NCBI GenBank assembly: GCA_004022145.1
Contig: RCNU01000009.1
Reading direction: 5' to 3' (one strand)
DNA from: Paecilomyces variotii
Taxonomy: Eukaryota
Length of the DNA: 64,000 nt
Position numbers and translations under genes: made by a program. The notes beneath the pieces were generated by a model that ran no database searches, was not told the DNA's origin, and was given only the letters and a program-made list of their open reading frames with translations. This document shows, piece by piece, positions 61,001 through 64,000 of this stretch (position 1 is the stretch's first letter; every line of letters starts with the position of its first letter).

Positions 61001-64000
61001 AGCTAGTGCGAATACTAATTACGCGGACGAAGGTCGGATTTAACTGGCCACGCGTACCAATTGGTATTATGTTTGTTTCTTCATTGCGACTAGAGTAGGT
61101 TCGAGTGTTTCATAAGGAAAATTCAAAGTGTTACTTTTGTGATATTATTATTATTGTTATTTGTTATTGTTATAAGGTTATTATTATATTGCTTGCTAAT
61201 AATGTATACTTACCCCCGTTTTAGGTTGGGTTATCGATATTACCTGCTGGGTTTGATTCTCTACTTAACCTGATCGGGTTGTGATTTTCTGTTGGCGAAA
61301 GTTCGAGTCAAAAAAGATAGTTGGAAAGAAAAGTGTTTAGTATATCAATAGCGTGTTTGAAGTTACGCACTGGGGAACTTTGTTTTGTAGATAGTTATTA
61401 TTGATAGGACGAATGAATGGAGAATAGTTACACTTTTCGTTTCCTTGCTCAATGATGCAATGTTGGGTGACTGCTTTACATCACATCCTGGTGCATGGTT
61501 TCTGTAAGTATCTCTATGTTTTTTCACACTTCCTATAGTTAGTCGACTGCATAAAAAGACTCAAAAATGCATGTGCCACTTGTGTGGAGTATGGTATATC
61601 TGAGCAAAAAGATCCCAAGAAGAACCTGCCTTTTCTGGTATGATTTACAGGATTGGAATCAAGGAAGCAGGGATTCGTCTCATGAATAACCCTATAGGAA
61701 GATTCGACTACAGCATCCGGCTGCGCCTAGTGAGCGTTGAAAAACCCAATCATCACACTCTGAAAGCTTACGTTCGAATAATAGCCCGTTCTGGTAGATT
61801 GGTTCACCCTTCAAAAGTGACTGGTTTCGGCTTAGTTTGCAGCTGCATATGCATTGAGGACAATGTCGACACCCCCCCTCTTCATGGCAAGCGGTGCACG
61901 AGGCGGGAAGGGAGAGAGAGAGGCGTTGCGAGGTGACAACAACGTGCCAAAAGCTGAGGCAGCACACGTTTCAAATTTGCCTGCCAACCCCGTATCTCTC
62001 ACGGAAAAGCAAGAAGGGTCCCTCGCAGATAAGGTGGTTGACCCGTCCACGCCACGGAAAGAGTCCCTTGCATGATGCATTCTTCATAGGCTTTTGAAAC
62101 ATCAAGTGTTCGAAACAGCCCACAGAACGCTGCAAGAGACTCTCTTTCCGCGCGCTGGTGTCTGACACGATGCTGTTCTAGAAGCGTCGTGATTACATAT
62201 CATTTGCCTGTACAGTCCTCGGCGCATAACTGATCGATGGAGCGCGAAAGTGATCGACTCTTTCGGATTGTGGAGGAGGCCCAGGACTCATGACATAAGC
62301 AAGGGTCCTTGAAGGCGATCGACCTTGCACAAGGTTCGACAGTCGTCTCATATAGATACATACATATCTGGCTTTGGAGTCTTTGAGGCCGTGTTTCAGG
62401 TCGGACTGCTCGTTGTCGAGATGCTCACGTGACGGGATGCGGCTGCCGGGAACCGGGACCCCCCTTTTCCATCCCCGAGGCTATTTAACTTAATTAACGC
62501 CAGCGGTGGAGAAAAGCTCAACTCACAATGAACGAGTTAGTTCGGGATCCATACGGCACCCCTTAAGCGATCCAAAACAGATCTATCTAGCCGGCTAGAG
62601 ACCCCGGTTTCAAATGGATTCGGAGACTAGATAGAATGACTGCCTGCTAGCTTCGCGAGCAGATCACTTTCTGTGGATCCTTATGGTATTGTCCCCCGGC
62701 AACCACTGCTCTCGCGCGAGAGAAAAAACGCTGTTCGAAATCTCTGGATGCAATAATAATAATAATAATAGTAGTAGTAGTAGATGGCTTATCCACAGAT
62801 CGAAATTGAGTAGCTAGCGCAGAAGGGTCCGACTCCATTAATTTTGTTTTCCCTTCCGGACTAACACAATGCACAGCAGATCCCTTGAGAGTTCTGCTCA
62901 TACGATTTCTCTGAGACAGACGCGCAATCTTAGATGGTTTGATGTGAGTTATGGGGCTGAGAAGGATAATAATGCCCTTCATAAGTTTTTCATCTGCGGT
63001 TGCTGCATCATGGTAGAATGGCGAATAAAAAGCTTTCTGCTTGACTATTATGTCTTGTGCCATGGGGCATAATAATAATCCCGTAGCGTGATTAACCCCA
63101 ACCCCAACGGTAGTGGAGGGCTGTTGCTCCTTTATCCACAGTACGTACTCCGTAGACGAGACGGTTTTAGCAGCGCGTTGATAGTTCCCCAGGGATTGCT
63201 ATTTTTGGCTTATTTAGATGATCGCACCGATCTCGCCTGAACGTAGCTGAATAGAACTACGGAGTAGAGCATTCTCATCAGTCTGCCAACCTGTGCGAAG
63301 ATCGTTACCACAGAGATATATTATTCCGGGGATAACGACGCAAACAACATCATCCTTAGCGATGTGGCTGCAGGAAGGCTGTGTCAAGACAAGATTTCAG
63401 CATCTGTGCGTGCAGGCAGAAGGATAGTTTGGTTTAGTCGCGGCTGTACGGAACTTTCCAAGAGCTACCAAGTAATCCCCTGGAAACATATGCATCAAGG
63501 TGGAGTCCACGTAGACCGGTAGCGAAGGGAACAGGACGAAATACGCCACGGGGATGTACGTCGCTTCTAGGGATCCTGCGTTTTAATCCCCGGAATAAAT
63601 GATGATAATAATGATGCGCTCTGCGATGGTCCACGACGCAGAAGTCAATAGTCACGGCGTTGCATTACTGAGAGAGGACATATGCTCCGTCCAACAAGGC
63701 GCAGCGACTATCTATCCAATTTTTTGGTCGTTGAATATCAACCAGGAGCAGCTAATAGTCGATGAACTGAAGGTATCCTTGCTCCGAAGAGCATCGCCAG
63801 TATCTAGTCGGCTCTCAGGTATATCACCGATGATGCTCGTTCACCCGGCTCCATAAATGACTCAGGGTCAGAAGGGTCCACGGCCAGCGGTCTCGACAGA
63901 TCTGGATACTTACGCTAGGGCACAGGTCAAACAGTCTGCCGGATGTTCACCAGTTGACCCGGTTCATGGTGATCTGCAGGGCATCGGCATAGCGTGGCTT

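Overview
Gene-dense window from a filamentous ascomycete. The Eurotiales/Aspergillus-like assignment rests on protein sequences and on short GT-AG introns with CTRAY branch points. I reconstruct 22 intron-aware protein-coding genes; the ORF track fragments most of them and misses SEM1 entirely. Housekeeping-type genes: DHA1 MFS transporter (partial), IML2, SEM1, PGK, Mpv17/PMP22, TRS65, PRP40, RLI1, CHD1, IEC1-like zinc finger, SAH hydrolase, PRP31, CLF1. An accessory-looking stretch (about 28.9-38.0 kb) holds a pyridoxal-reductase-like AKR, a small secreted orphan and the best candidate for an undescribed system. That candidate is a Zn2Cys6 regulator next to a head-to-head pair encoding the two halves of plant Tm-1 as separate genes (TIM-barrel/PEP-hydrolase-like and UPF0261), which share a 418-bp promoter with CreA-type and CGG sites. 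Non-coding signals of note: a ~115-nt G-U-rich hairpin between PRP40 and RLI1, an ATG-depleted ~1.1-kb leader with two 2-codon uORFs, stop-free 66-nt introns, microexons, a RIP-like relic with a 41-bp tandem duplication, and paired TACTCCGTA/TACGGAGTA motifs. I could not support any tRNA, rRNA, CRISPR array or intact transposon. All calls come from reading the sequence; no database search was run.
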